A stretch of DNA of 63,475 nucleotides, counting the filler, from Octopus bimaculoides (lineage: Eukaryota): assembly GCF_001194135.2 (NCBI RefSeq). It is 4 parts of 3 records of this genome, joined end to end, with 100 filler letters (N's around TTAATTAATTAA, not from the genome) between each part and the next. Parts side by side here need not be neighbours in the genome. Positions count along the whole stretch, not along the records: positions 24,906 to 55,606 come from NC_068995.1; positions 55,707 to 60,219 come from NC_068983.1; positions 60,320 to 63,475 come from NC_068986.1; 1 more part is not named here. One strand, written 5' to 3'. A program made the position numbers and the translations under genes. Shown here one piece after another: positions 53,240-63,475 of this stretch. Position 1 is the stretch's first letter, and the number at the start of each line of letters is the position of its first letter. The notes beneath the pieces were generated by a model. The model saw only the letters and a program-made list of their open reading frames with translations, made no database searches and was not told the DNA's origin.

Positions 53240-54395
53240 CATTTTTTCAACTTCCTGAGAATTTATAGCGTGAGCAAGAATTTGGCAGCATTATTTAGAC
53301 TTGCCCAATATTATTTGTGTTCCACCATAGCTTCGCCGCTCTCAGTATTATTTGGGCGTGTAAGAATTAACCACCACTGTTTCAACATTTCTCAAAACAC
53401 TTTCGGTAAGCACGTAGTGCTTACTATTGTTTTGCCGTTCTCGATGTTTTCTGCTGAATAAAATGGCTTTTTTTTTCACCGTGAGTTCAACTTCCTCAAA
53501 ATTCTTTCGGTAAGCAAGAATTTGCTACAGTTATTTCCACTTTCTCGATATTCTTTGGGAGTGGGGGGAGAATTAGTCACCATTCCTTCGAATTTCTCTT
53601 TATTCTGGGGATTAAGAATTTATCTTTTTTTTTTATTATTTGTTACAGTCATTAGGCTGCGGCCATACTGGGGCACCGCCTTGAAGAACTTTTAGTCGAA
53701 AGAATCGCCCCCGGCACTTGTTTATTTGAAGCCTGGAATTTATTCTATTAGTCTCTTTTGTCGAACCCCTAGGCTACGGGGACGGAAACACACCAACACC
53801 GGTTCTCACGTGGTAGTGGGGGGAACACAGGCACAAAGATACACACACATATAAACACACATACATGTATAAGTTTCCGTCTACCCAAATCCACTACAAG
53901 GTTTTGATTGGCCCGAGGCTAGAAGTAGAAGACACCTGCTCTAGGCATCACACAGGGGACAGAACTCGCAGCCATGTGGTCTGGAAGCAAACTTCATACC
54001 ACACAGCCACGCCTGCGCCCATAATGATCGTTAATTTTTTTGACGTTCTCAACTAATTTTAGGCAATTAAGAATCGGCTAGCATTACTTCAACGTAATTA
54101 TCATTAACCGAGGATGATCAGGAATTAGTTCACAATGTTTCGAATTTCTCAAGTTTGAGTGAATAAGAACTGGTTAGCACTAATTCAGCTTACTCTGTAA
54201 GGTTTGGGCGATTAAAATTTAATTACCATTTTTTAAGACGTTCCCAGCATTCTTGGGGAGAATAAGAATTAGCCATCATTATTTCGACATTCCCCCGTAT
54301 TCTTTGTACCGGTAAGAATTCGTCATGAATATTTCGAAGTTCCCAGCATTCTTTGAGTGAGTAAGAATTAACTAGCATTATTTCTTTGTTAATAT
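53240..54395. repeat. Cryptic degenerate tandem array, ~45-50-bp unit
   Basis: Recurring aagaatt(a/t)..ca.cattatttc.acattc.cagcattctttg at regular spacing, interrupted by the family C SINE. Confidence 0.6.
53638..54020 (-). mobile_element. Family C SINE
   Basis: Complete head to tail, inserted in the degenerate tandem array. Other family C pieces lie at about 3300-3455, 24935-25255, 37205-37255, 51215-51388, 54735-54800 and 60120-60219. Confidence 0.8.
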
Positions 54396-54406
54396 TCTCT
54401 GGGTGT

Positions 54407-54624
54407 AAGGCAGCAAGCTGGTAGAATCCTTGGCATGTTGGGCAAAATGCTTAGCGGCATTGCGTCCGTCTTTACGTTCTGAGTTCAAATTCCGCCGAGA
54501 TTGCCTTTGCTTTTTATCCTTGTGGGGTTGATAAAATAAATACCAGTTGAGCACTGGGGTCGATGTAATCGATTTACTCTTCCCCCAAACTTTCAGGCCT
54601 TATGCCAAAGATTTGAAAACCAAT
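54407..54624 (+). mobile_element. Family D SINE (a second truncated head follows at about 54638-54725)
   Basis: Match to the family consensus. Confidence 0.8.
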
Positions 54625-55295
54625 ATACTTCCGGTGTTAGGCGGTGAGCTGGCTGAATCGTTAGCATGCCAGCAAACTGCTTAGCGGCATTTTGACCGCC
54701 TTTAAAGTTCTGAGTTCAAATTGCGCCTGACGTTATATTGGAAGACATTTGCCCAAGGTGCCACGCAGTGGGACTCAACCCGGAACCATATGGTTGGGAA
54801 GTATATATATGTGTGTGTGTGTGTATAAGTAAAGAGAGAGTGAGAGAAACTCAGACAGGTAGATAGATAGATATGTCTGTTTGCTTTTTGTTTCTGCTTG
54901 TGTTTTCTTACCACCACCAACAACAACACCACCACCACCACTTCATAACCTGTGCTGGTCTATTTACGCCCATAATCCTTAACTGCTCTTCGAAGACCAC
55001 TAAACAAAAAACAAAGAAACTGATAAAAATATTAGTTGAATTAGAATGGAGTTTACTCGGCCATTCACTTCAAAGCGTGTTTTCTGCATGGCCGCTGTGC
55101 AGTGATTGAACCAAATAAGAGAATTTGAAGAATAAAAGAATAAGCGAACACTGATTAAAACAACGATATCATTCAGTATATTTCTTGTAAATATCCAATT
55201 CCTTTATTGGTAACACAATATCACGGAATTTTGCTTTCTTTCATACGTTCTAGAAAGACCTAATCTGTGCTACAGATCAGTAAAGCGTCAGTCAA

Positions 55296-55342
<47 letters not shown>

Positions 55343-55707
55343 GAGACGTGGAAGAGAATAAAACAAACTACCAATCTGAAACGGCCATCTTGTAAATTCT
55401 TTGACAACTTAGTCATGGTGGCTTTTTCCGTAGGAAATGGCGGTTTATCGTACTATTTGATGAAGGAGTGATGCTTTTCTTTCTTTCGATTTTTAAAAGT
55501 ACAGCCGGGAGTTTATCAATTCGCCTCTTATCCGTTTCCATAGCAACGCAGAAACAAAACATGTATGTGTGTTTGTATATAGGCAGTTGTGAGTGCACGT
55601 ACACACNNNNNNNNNNNNNNNNNNNNNNNNNNNNNNNNNNNNNNNNNNNNTTAATTAATTAANNNNNNNNNNNNNNNNNNNNNNNNNNNNNNNNNNNNNN
55701 NNNNNNA

Positions 55708-56022
55708 TCTGTCATTACAATATCGAAATGTGATTGTTTCAGTTAGTAGAATAGTTTCATTTTTAAAGTGAAAGTATTTGACATGAGTGTTTTTGTTTCA
55801 CTTTTGACACGTAATACTTAAATAGTGGAGGAGATATTATGTTGCCGTGGGCTCGAACTCTGCAAGAAGTGAAAATTTTTTTGACTAAAACACAACTGTA
55901 ACCCTAAGTAAGGCATCTGTAAAATTTGAATGAAATTGGTTGCGTAGTTCTCGAGTTTTAGGGATTCACACAGACAGACAGACAGACAGACAGACACACA
56001 TTCTCATTTTTATATATATAGA
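55708..56022 (-). mobile_element. Non-autonomous Helitron 5' end (Lep1-like architecture)
   Basis: Minus strand starts A|TCTATATATATAAAAATGAGAATGTGTGTCTGTCTGTCTG: A-TC junction followed by (CTGT)n near the 5' end. The 3' end is lost in the gap. Confidence 0.6.
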
Positions 56023-56556
56023 TTAAAAATAAGGTGGCGAGCTGACTATCGAAGTGATGTCCTCATTTTAATTGTTGCTTTCACCAGGTTTCGGCTGTGC
56101 ACGCTCCAGCCTCCTTCATTTCAGCGTGTGTATCCAGTAGCCATGCCCATAGGCAGTATCAGAGTGAATTAGCGTACTAGATAAAGGCACTGAAAAGCAG
56201 TGCAGCCACCTAGAAATTCTGAGTTCAATCCCGAGAAAGCACAAAGGTGACTCACAAGACACCTAAAGAACGCTGGTGCGTAAACAGCCGAAACGTAGTG
56301 AAAACAATAGTCAAGACGAAGAGACGAAGACGCTACTCCGACTAATACATAATATATAAATTCCTCATCTCATAAATATAGAAGTGAGTTTTTTTTCGTT
56401 AACTGTTTTATAGATCGGGTACTCAAATGTGCGGTAGAACTCTCGTTTGTTTTGGAGAAGACGTATCTTCTGAATGTCTCAGTTAATTTGGCTGTAAATA
56501 ACACATTGATGTAAACACTGATCGCAAAATGCCAGGCAATTTATTTATCTCGTTAG

Positions 56557-56940
56557 TTGTTGATGGCACTCCGTCGCTTAGGACGTCGAGGGTTCCAGTT
56601 GATCCGATCAACGGAACAGCCTGCTCGTGAAATTAACGTGCAAGTGGCTGAGCACTCCACAGACACGTGTACCCATACCGTAGTTCTCGGAGATATTCAG
56701 CGTGACACAGTGTGACAAGGCTGACCCTTTGAATTACAGGCACAACAGAAACAGGAAGTAAGAGTGAGAGAAAGTTGTGGTGAAAGAGTACAGCAGGGTT
56801 CGCCACCATCCCCTGCCGGAGCCTTCTGGAGCTTTAGGTGTTTTCGCTCAATAAACACTCACAACGCCCGGTCTGGGAATTGAAACCGCGATCCTATGAC
56901 GGTGAGTCCGCTGCCCTAACCACTGGGCCATTGCATCTCC
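56557..56940 (-). mobile_element. Full-length family A SINE
   Basis: High identity to other copies; flanked by an 84-bp direct repeat. Confidence 0.9.
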
Positions 56941-57813
56941 ATCCACAAATGTCTCAGTTAATTTGGCTGTAAATTACACATTGATGTAAACTCTGATCGC
57001 AAAATTCCAGGCAATTTATTTATCTCGTTAGAATGCAAGGTAAAAGTACATGTTTATTAAAATAGAGACGTATTTAGCCACTAACTCTGAGATCCAGTTT
57101 CAATTGCAGACGGTAATCGATTAAATTTTACTTACGTTGGTAATGATCAAACGAAGGAACCTCTATACGGCCATTCGATTTGCTAGAAATAGGTGTTATA
57201 TTTTCTGCAAATTATACCCAATCGTTTTGGAAAGAGAGATAGAAGACATTGCTCAATGTAGTCCTAGATATACAAGTCTCCAGAGAAGTACTGGATGGTC
57301 ATGATTGGAACCTCTGACGTGGAGCTAAGCAACAACAGCACCATATGTTCCTATAACCTTAAGAAAGAGAGAAAGAGAGAGAGAGAGAGAGATAAATAGC
57401 GAGGGTGATAGAGAGCAAGAAAGAAACTCACGTAAAGAGAAACAGACGTTAGACGAAACAATTTATCTCTCAGTAATCCGAGGCCCTTGTTCCTGTGTAA
57501 GGAAATGCAAGTTAGAATCAATATAGACATTTCATACATAGAACATCAAAAATAGAGAAACACCGAAAACCTATCATTATAATGCAATTTTCAGTAGAGA
57601 GACAGAGAAAAATGTTTTGTAGAAATTTCAAGTACTTTAATATGTTGCTTTGTTGTTCTCCCAGCTGTTAAAACTAGCATCAGTAACAGAATAACCAAAC
57701 AGTTGAAGGTAAGACATCCTTCATGATATAATGTCTGTTATCTCATAGATTTGTGACATTTTTTATTTTGAGATATTTTCTCATACAACGATTTCATTAT
57801 TTTAATATACATA

Positions 57814-57852
<39 letters not shown>

Positions 57853-58726
57853 NNNNNNNNNNNNNNNNNNNNNNNNNNNNNNNNNNNNNNNNNNNNNNNN
57901 NNNNNNNNNNNNNNNNNNNNNNNNNNNNNNNNNNNNNNNNNNNNNNNNNNNNATATATACGTATTCTTGGCATAGAATAGAAGAAAACAAAGGAATTTTG
58001 GAATGTATATCTTGACTGGGAAAATGGAGTTAATGTTTTGTAACAACGTTTGTTACGACGCGGGCATTTTGTTCATTTGACTACGGCGTCTGTCGTTATA
58101 TACACAGGCATTCGCGAAGACAAATGTGGCGTCGTCATTATAGAACTACAGATCTTCAGATACTTGAGTCGATACGGTACTAAGTAACGAGTCGCAGATG
58201 TTGGTTGGTTGGTATCCTGTTTCTGGCCTGTCTAAGTCACTAAACATTCATAATTCTAAATTACCAGATTGGCAACGAAAGATTCTCTTCATAGTCGTAC
58301 GAGCTCACGAGAGAAAACCTGCACGGTACTTCGACCTTCTAGAAATAAAAATCGTTTTTTTCTCAAATTACACCCCATCGTTTTAAAAAGGACACTTTAC
58401 ATCGGCGGTTCTCCGTCTTTTTGACTTCGTGGTGCCTTGCGGATTAAAAGTAAAACCACTCAAACACTTTACATGGAAACTTAACATTTAGTGGAGTAAT
58501 CCGTCTGGGAATTTAAAGCAAAGTTGTTTTAAAGTTAAAATTGTTTTCAAAACATAAAAAAAATATTGCTTACCTCGATGACGTCATTAAGCTTTTTCGA
58601 TCCAAACGGTTTTTAACCCAATAGTTATGCACTGTTTTTTATAGCACTATTTGCTCCGAGATTCGCTGTTCCTAAAGGAGAATTGCTAATCTTGTTTTGT
58701 TAAACATATTTAAACGGATATGTAAA

Positions 58727-59302
58727 CAAGAGGTTGCTGAAAAGTTCCTGGTATCGTAAAAAGTTTAGTTGCACTGCAAGTTAACAAAAAATAAAAAAAA
58801 AATAACCATCTCACGGTGGTGCACCAGCATGACCGCAGCCACTTGGCTGAAACACATAAATAAATAAAAATTCATACACTTTACGTGGAAAATTAAAATT
58901 TAGTGGAGCAATCCGTCTGGGAATTTAAAACAAAACTGCTTTAAAGTTAAAATTGTTTTATAAACATAAAAAAATATTGCCTAAGTCATTGAAGTCATTA
59001 GGCTTTTTCTATCCAAACGGTTTTTACTCCAATATTTACACACTGTTATCTATAGTTTTATTTGCTTCGAGATTCACTGTTCCTAAAGAAGAACTGCTAA
59101 TGTTGCTATGTTAAGCGTATCGCGAAAGGCTTGGTTGGAGGCCCAACTTTCCGAGTTCTTTTACAGGGTTTAGAAAAGATGAAGGACCGTTGTAATAAGT
59201 ATGTGAATCTGAGAGAGGAATATGTTAAATAAAATCATAATTAACTGATCCTCCTGTATTTTCTTTTACCTAGAGCCAGGAACTTTTCAGCATCCACTCG
59301 TA
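58727..59302 (+). mobile_element. mariner-derived element: left TIR, right TIR and transposase C-terminus
   Basis: gaggttgctgaaaagttcctgg (about 58730-58751) is inverted at 59276-59302 (ccaggaacttttcagcatccactcgTA). 59131-59232 translates roughly as WLEAQLSEF..QGLEKMKDRCNKYVNLR.EYVK*, a mariner C-terminus. Confidence 0.7.
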
Positions 59303-59879
59303 CACCTAACTACGAACATACACCTACTTTCATAATATCTAATACACACCAATACACGCAAGCACATAAACACATACACACATACATACTTAGGCACATA
59401 CATGTAACTACTAGCGTAAACCTAACTTTACACACTCCAATACACACTAATGAGTGCATACACATGTACATATGCACACACAGACACATAACTACGAACC
59501 TTGATCAAGTACGGTACGTCAAGAGAATTGGTGTCTGTGGAACGCACTGTTAATTCCACTCTAATTTAAGGATGATGTTCATTTCAGTCGATCGAACAAC
59601 CGATTTGCTCATCGTCGAAACCAACAGACGATCCATTTATATGTCAGTATGAGTTGGGATCGTTAACGAGCCGTTTTTAAGTTCTGAGTTCAACTTCCCA
59701 CCAAGGTCGACTTGCCTTTCACTCTTTCGGAGTCGATAAAATAAGTACCAGTTGAGTATTGGGGTTCGATGTAATCGACCTATTTCCGTCTCCGAAATTA
59801 CTGGCCTTGCGCCAGAATATGAAACCAATATGTAATTTACCTAAACGAACACTGATGCATCTACACTACTAGCATTTTC

Positions 59880-60113
59880 TTATTTCTTTATTGCCCACAA
59901 GGGGCTAAATATAGAGGAGACAAACGAGGACAGACAAAAGGATTAAGTCGATTATATCGACCCCAGTGCGTAACTGGTACCTAATTTATCGACCCCGAAA
60001 GGATGAAAGGCTAAGTCGACCTTGGCGGAATTTCAGCTCAGAACGTAGCGGCAGACGAAATACCGCTAAGCATTTCGTCCGGTGTGCTAACGTTTCTGCC
60101 AGCTCACCGCCTT
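59880..60113 (-). mobile_element. Family D SINE, subfamily with an alternative 3' tail
   Basis: Head and body match family D, but the tail is tgtcctctatatttagccccttgtgggcaataaag. Confidence 0.8.
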
Positions 60114-60494
60114 GCATCTTCTGCCTTGAAGAATTTTAGTCGAACGAATCTAACCTAGTATTTGTTCCTTTTAAGCCTGGTACTTATTCTATCAGTCTCT
60201 TTTGCTGAACCGGTAATTTNNNNNNNNNNNNNNNNNNNNNNNNNNNNNNNNNNNNNNNNNNNNTTAATTAATTAANNNNNNNNNNNNNNNNNNNNNNNNN
60301 NNNNNNNNNNNNNNNNNNNATATATATTATATATATATCATATATGTCTGTATGTATGTATGTATGTATATCTATCTATCTATCTATCTGTCTGTCTGTC
60401 TGTCTGTCTGTCTTTCTGTCTGTCTATAAATACACGCACTTGCACACACTTACACACACACATATACATACGTGTGTGTGTGTTAGTGTGTGAT

Positions 60495-60542
<48 letters not shown>

Positions 60543-60859
60543 GTATGTATGTATGTATGTAAGTACGTATATATATATGTATGTATAAATCATTTAATTT
60601 ATCAATGTTTGCAAGTTTATCCAATCTTATAACTGTATATATGTATAGATATAGAGGTATATACATACATTTTTATTTATTTATTTATTTATTTATGGGT
60701 TTCAGCCAAGTGGCTGTGGTCATGCTGGAGCACCACCGTGATTTTCTGTCTTTATGCTTTGCTCTCTTCACGTTCCTTGCATGGCTCTTCTCTTGCACCT
60801 GATATAGTCCAATCAAGATTTTTGATGGCACATCTGGTGTATAAGAGAATTTGACATCG

Positions 60860-60988
60860 CTGCCCTAAACTGTGTCTCATTTCGTGGAGAGGAAAGCGTC
60901 GAGTTTTGTCTTGAAGACCTCCACATCCGTGTCTTGCAGGTCTCTCAAATGTTTTGGCAGGGCATTGAAGAGCTGAGGTCCTCTCTCT
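60860..60988 (-). mobile_element. CR1/L2-group LINE ORF2 3' end fragment
   Basis: RGPQLFNALPKHLRDLQDTDVEVFKTKLDAFLS matches the typical CR1-type C-terminus; truncated by an N gap. Confidence 0.75.
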
Positions 60989-61879
60989 NNNNNNNNNNNN
61001 NNNNNNNNNNNNNNNNNNNNNNNNNNNNNNNNNNNNNNNNNNNNNNNNNNNNNNNNNNNNNNNNNNNNNNNNNNNNNNNNNNNNNNNNNNNNNNNNNNNN
61101 NNNNNNNNNNNNNNNNNNNNNNNNNNNNNNNNNNNNNNNNNNNNNNNNNNNNNNNNNNNNNNNNNNNNNNNNNNNNNNNNNNNNNNNNNNNNNNNNNNNN
61201 NNNNNNNNNNNNNNNNNNNNNNNNNNNNNNNNNNNNNNNNNNNNNNNNNNNNNNNNNNNNNNNNNNNNNNNNNNNNNNNNNNNNNNNNNNNNNNNNNNNN
61301 NNNNNNNNNNNNNNNNNNNNNNNNNNNNNNNNNNNNNNNNNNNNNNNNNNNNNNNNNNNNNNNNNNNNNNNNNNNNNNNNNNNNNNNNNNNNNNNNNNNN
61401 NNNTATATATATATATATATGTACATATTTGTATTGACGCATACAAGCACGCACACACACACAAACACACGCATCTGTAATTATGAATGATGTATAGGTG
61501 TGGGTGTGCGCGTGTGCGTGCTTATGTGTTTAGAGCCACTATGTGTTAAAGTTTAGTTAACATGTTATTGCATGATAAGAAAAAAAATAGACGTGAACAG
61601 ACTTCTCTTTGCTTTTATGTTTACAGCTCAATCGACCCGTTGTCATTGCTGTCCTGATAGTCATGTTTTCTTTTCTTTTCTTTTTTTTTTTGTTTCTTTG
61701 TTTGTAAGCCAAGCTAAAAGATAGCCTCCAATGCAATTGCTTGATCGATGCGGAATACTGACAACGACAATGAAAAGTCCCTTTAACTGCTTAGGAGTTG
61801 TTGAGACGTATCGGTCGTGCAGCGCATCCAGGGCGAAAAAGCCTGGCGTAGCCCCTTCCTCTCCAAGCTAAACTCATTT

Positions 61880-62152
61880 TTGCCAGCTGAGTGGACTGGA
61901 GCAACGTGAAATGAAGTGTTTTGCTGAAGAACACAACGGATCGAAACCACAATCTTACGGTCGTGAATGTAACACCCTAAACACTAAGTGACGTGCCTCC
62001 ACTTGTAATACTTATTTCTACAGCTGAGCGGACTTGAGCAACTTGAAATGAAGTGTTTTGCTCCAGAACACAACGCATCGCTCGGTCGAGGAATCGAAAC
62101 CACAATCTTACGATCGTGAGTCCAACACCCTAACCACTAAGCCATACCTCTC
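61880..62152 (-). mobile_element. Two tandem family B SINE heads
   Basis: Two copies of cagctgagtggactggagcaac.tgaaatgaagtgttttgct...cctaa..actaag. Other family B pieces lie at about 34105-34198, 40020-40190 and 52801-52945. Confidence 0.7.
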
Positions 62153-62299
62153 CACTATGTGGAATATTTGAAGAAATTCAGTTAGATGTGGAATATTACT
62201 AACTGAATTCCTTCAAATAATAGCTCAATGTTTTTAAAAATAGCAAGGATACGCTGTGTAAGGTGCGTTGGATAAGTACTAAATATACAAAAAGACTGT

Positions 62300-62647
62300 G
62301 GAGGCGCAATGGCCCAGTGGTTAGGGCAGCGGACTCGCGGTTATAGGATCATTTATTGAGTGTTTATTGAGCGAAAACACCTAAAGCTCCACAAGGCTCC
62401 GACAGGGGATGGTGGCGAACCCTGCTGTACTCTTTCACCACAACTTTCTCTCACTCTTACTTCCTGTTTCTGTTGTGCCTGTAATTCAAAGGGTCAGCCT
62501 AGTCACGCTGTATATCCCCGAGAACTACGTTATGGGTACATGTGTCTGTGGAGTGCTCAGCCACTTGCACGTTAATTTCACGAGCAGGCTGTTCCGTTGA
62601 TCGGATCAACTGAAACCCTCGACGTCGTAAGCAACGGAGTGCCAACA
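62300..62647 (+). mobile_element. Family A SINE with two small internal deletions
   Basis: Head and tail intact; TSD acaaaaagac at 62287-62296 and 62648-62657. Confidence 0.9.
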
Positions 62648-63103
62648 ACAAAAAGACGAAATACTATTAGTTTATAGAAAATCTTAGTGAATTTACAGAC
62701 ATGTCATTTGCTTCATAGCCCAACTTTTTGCTTTAAATTAATCTCCCGTATTTCCTGTTAGCAACCCCCTTTTTATTTTAATTTTCACTCTTCATTACGT
62801 TTAGTACTTTCTTAACTATCCAACTAAAACAGAAAAACGATGGGTTGTCTTAAGTTTATTGTTCGTGTAGTAAGCTACGAAATTTTTACATTCTCCCGAT
62901 TTCCTGTAATTCAGACCGTCTCATGGTACGAGCAGACAAAATGGAAAAAGTATAACTCCGGAAGACGGCGTGGGAAATGCGATGGAACAGCCACTTTGTG
63001 AATAGACTCCATACAAACCCGTCAGAGAGCGACCGATTCTTTGACAAATATATTGACGGCTTTTATACTCGTAATCACAAGTTTTCTACATCAGACTGAC
63101 CTG

Positions 63104-63475
63104 GTTGTTGGCACTCCGTCGTTTACGACGTCGAGGGTTCCAGTTGATTCGATCAACGGAACAGCCTGCTCGTGAGATTAACGTGCAAGTGGCTGAGCAC
63201 TCCACAGACACGTGTACCCATAACGTAGTTCTTGGGGATATTCAGCGTGACAAAGCTGACCCTTTGAATTACAGGCACAACAGAAACAGGAAGTAAGAGT
63301 GAGAGAAAGTTGTGGTGAAAGAGTACAGCAGAGTTCGCCACCATCCCCTGCCGGAGCCTCGTGGAGCTTTAGGTGTTTTCGTTCAATAAACACTCACAAC
63401 GCCCGGTCTGGGAATCGAAACCGCAATCCTATGACCGCGTGTCCGCTGCCCTAACCACTGGGCCATTGCGCCTCC
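63104..63475 (-). mobile_element. Full-length family A SINE ending at the window edge
   Basis: Reverse complement of the family A sequence; head ...gcgcctcc ends at 63475. Confidence 0.9.

Noticed and set aside
58110-58187. Possible exon GIREDKCGVVIIE, reminiscent of ADAMTS EDKCGVC
   Set aside because: The similarity ends after 6 residues, the following CGGD is missing and the splice signals are mediocre.
62911-63100. Good acceptor followed by GC-richer sequence
   Set aside because: All three frames hit stops within 30 codons and there is no recognisable domain; it could be a terminal exon or LINE debris but is unsupported.
1-63475. CRISPR arrays, rRNA, prokaryotic operons
   Set aside because: None seen. 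The DNA is eukaryotic and the recurring motifs are SINE copies without repeat-spacer regularity.

Overview
AT-rich eukaryotic, almost entirely intronic or intergenic DNA, dense in (CA)n, (TA)n, (TATG)n and (AAT)n microsatellites, with about 18 assembly gaps. The repeat families point to an octopus genome (inference: tRNA-Arg-derived OR-type SINEs and related families). Only one convincing host exon is visible: 40676-40834 (+), symmetric phase 1-1, with a TSP1-repeat-like end, possibly from an ADAMTS/ADAMTSL/papilin-type gene. The rest is a transposon landscape: at least four SINE-like families (labelled A-D here) plus a repeat family E, mariner/Tc1, hAT MITE, Helitron, piggyBac-like, R4/Dong-like, CR1-like, L1/Tx1-like and Penelope-like remnants. 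The most unusual items are: (1) a 1.5-kb element with 250-bp near-identical TIRs and AGGAG termini carrying a Kolobok-like transposase N-terminal half plus a LINE-RT fragment; (2) minimal variant hammerhead-ribozyme motifs of the Penelope type; (3) three long fold-back palindromes; (4) a SINE flanked by an 84-bp direct duplication; (5) a mariner shell whose interior is a copy of its own flank; (6) a close inverted pair of young SINEs. Nearly all ORFs in the supplied track are artefacts of N-gaps or microsatellites. All homology calls come from motif recognition by eye; no searches were run. Family letters are my own labels.
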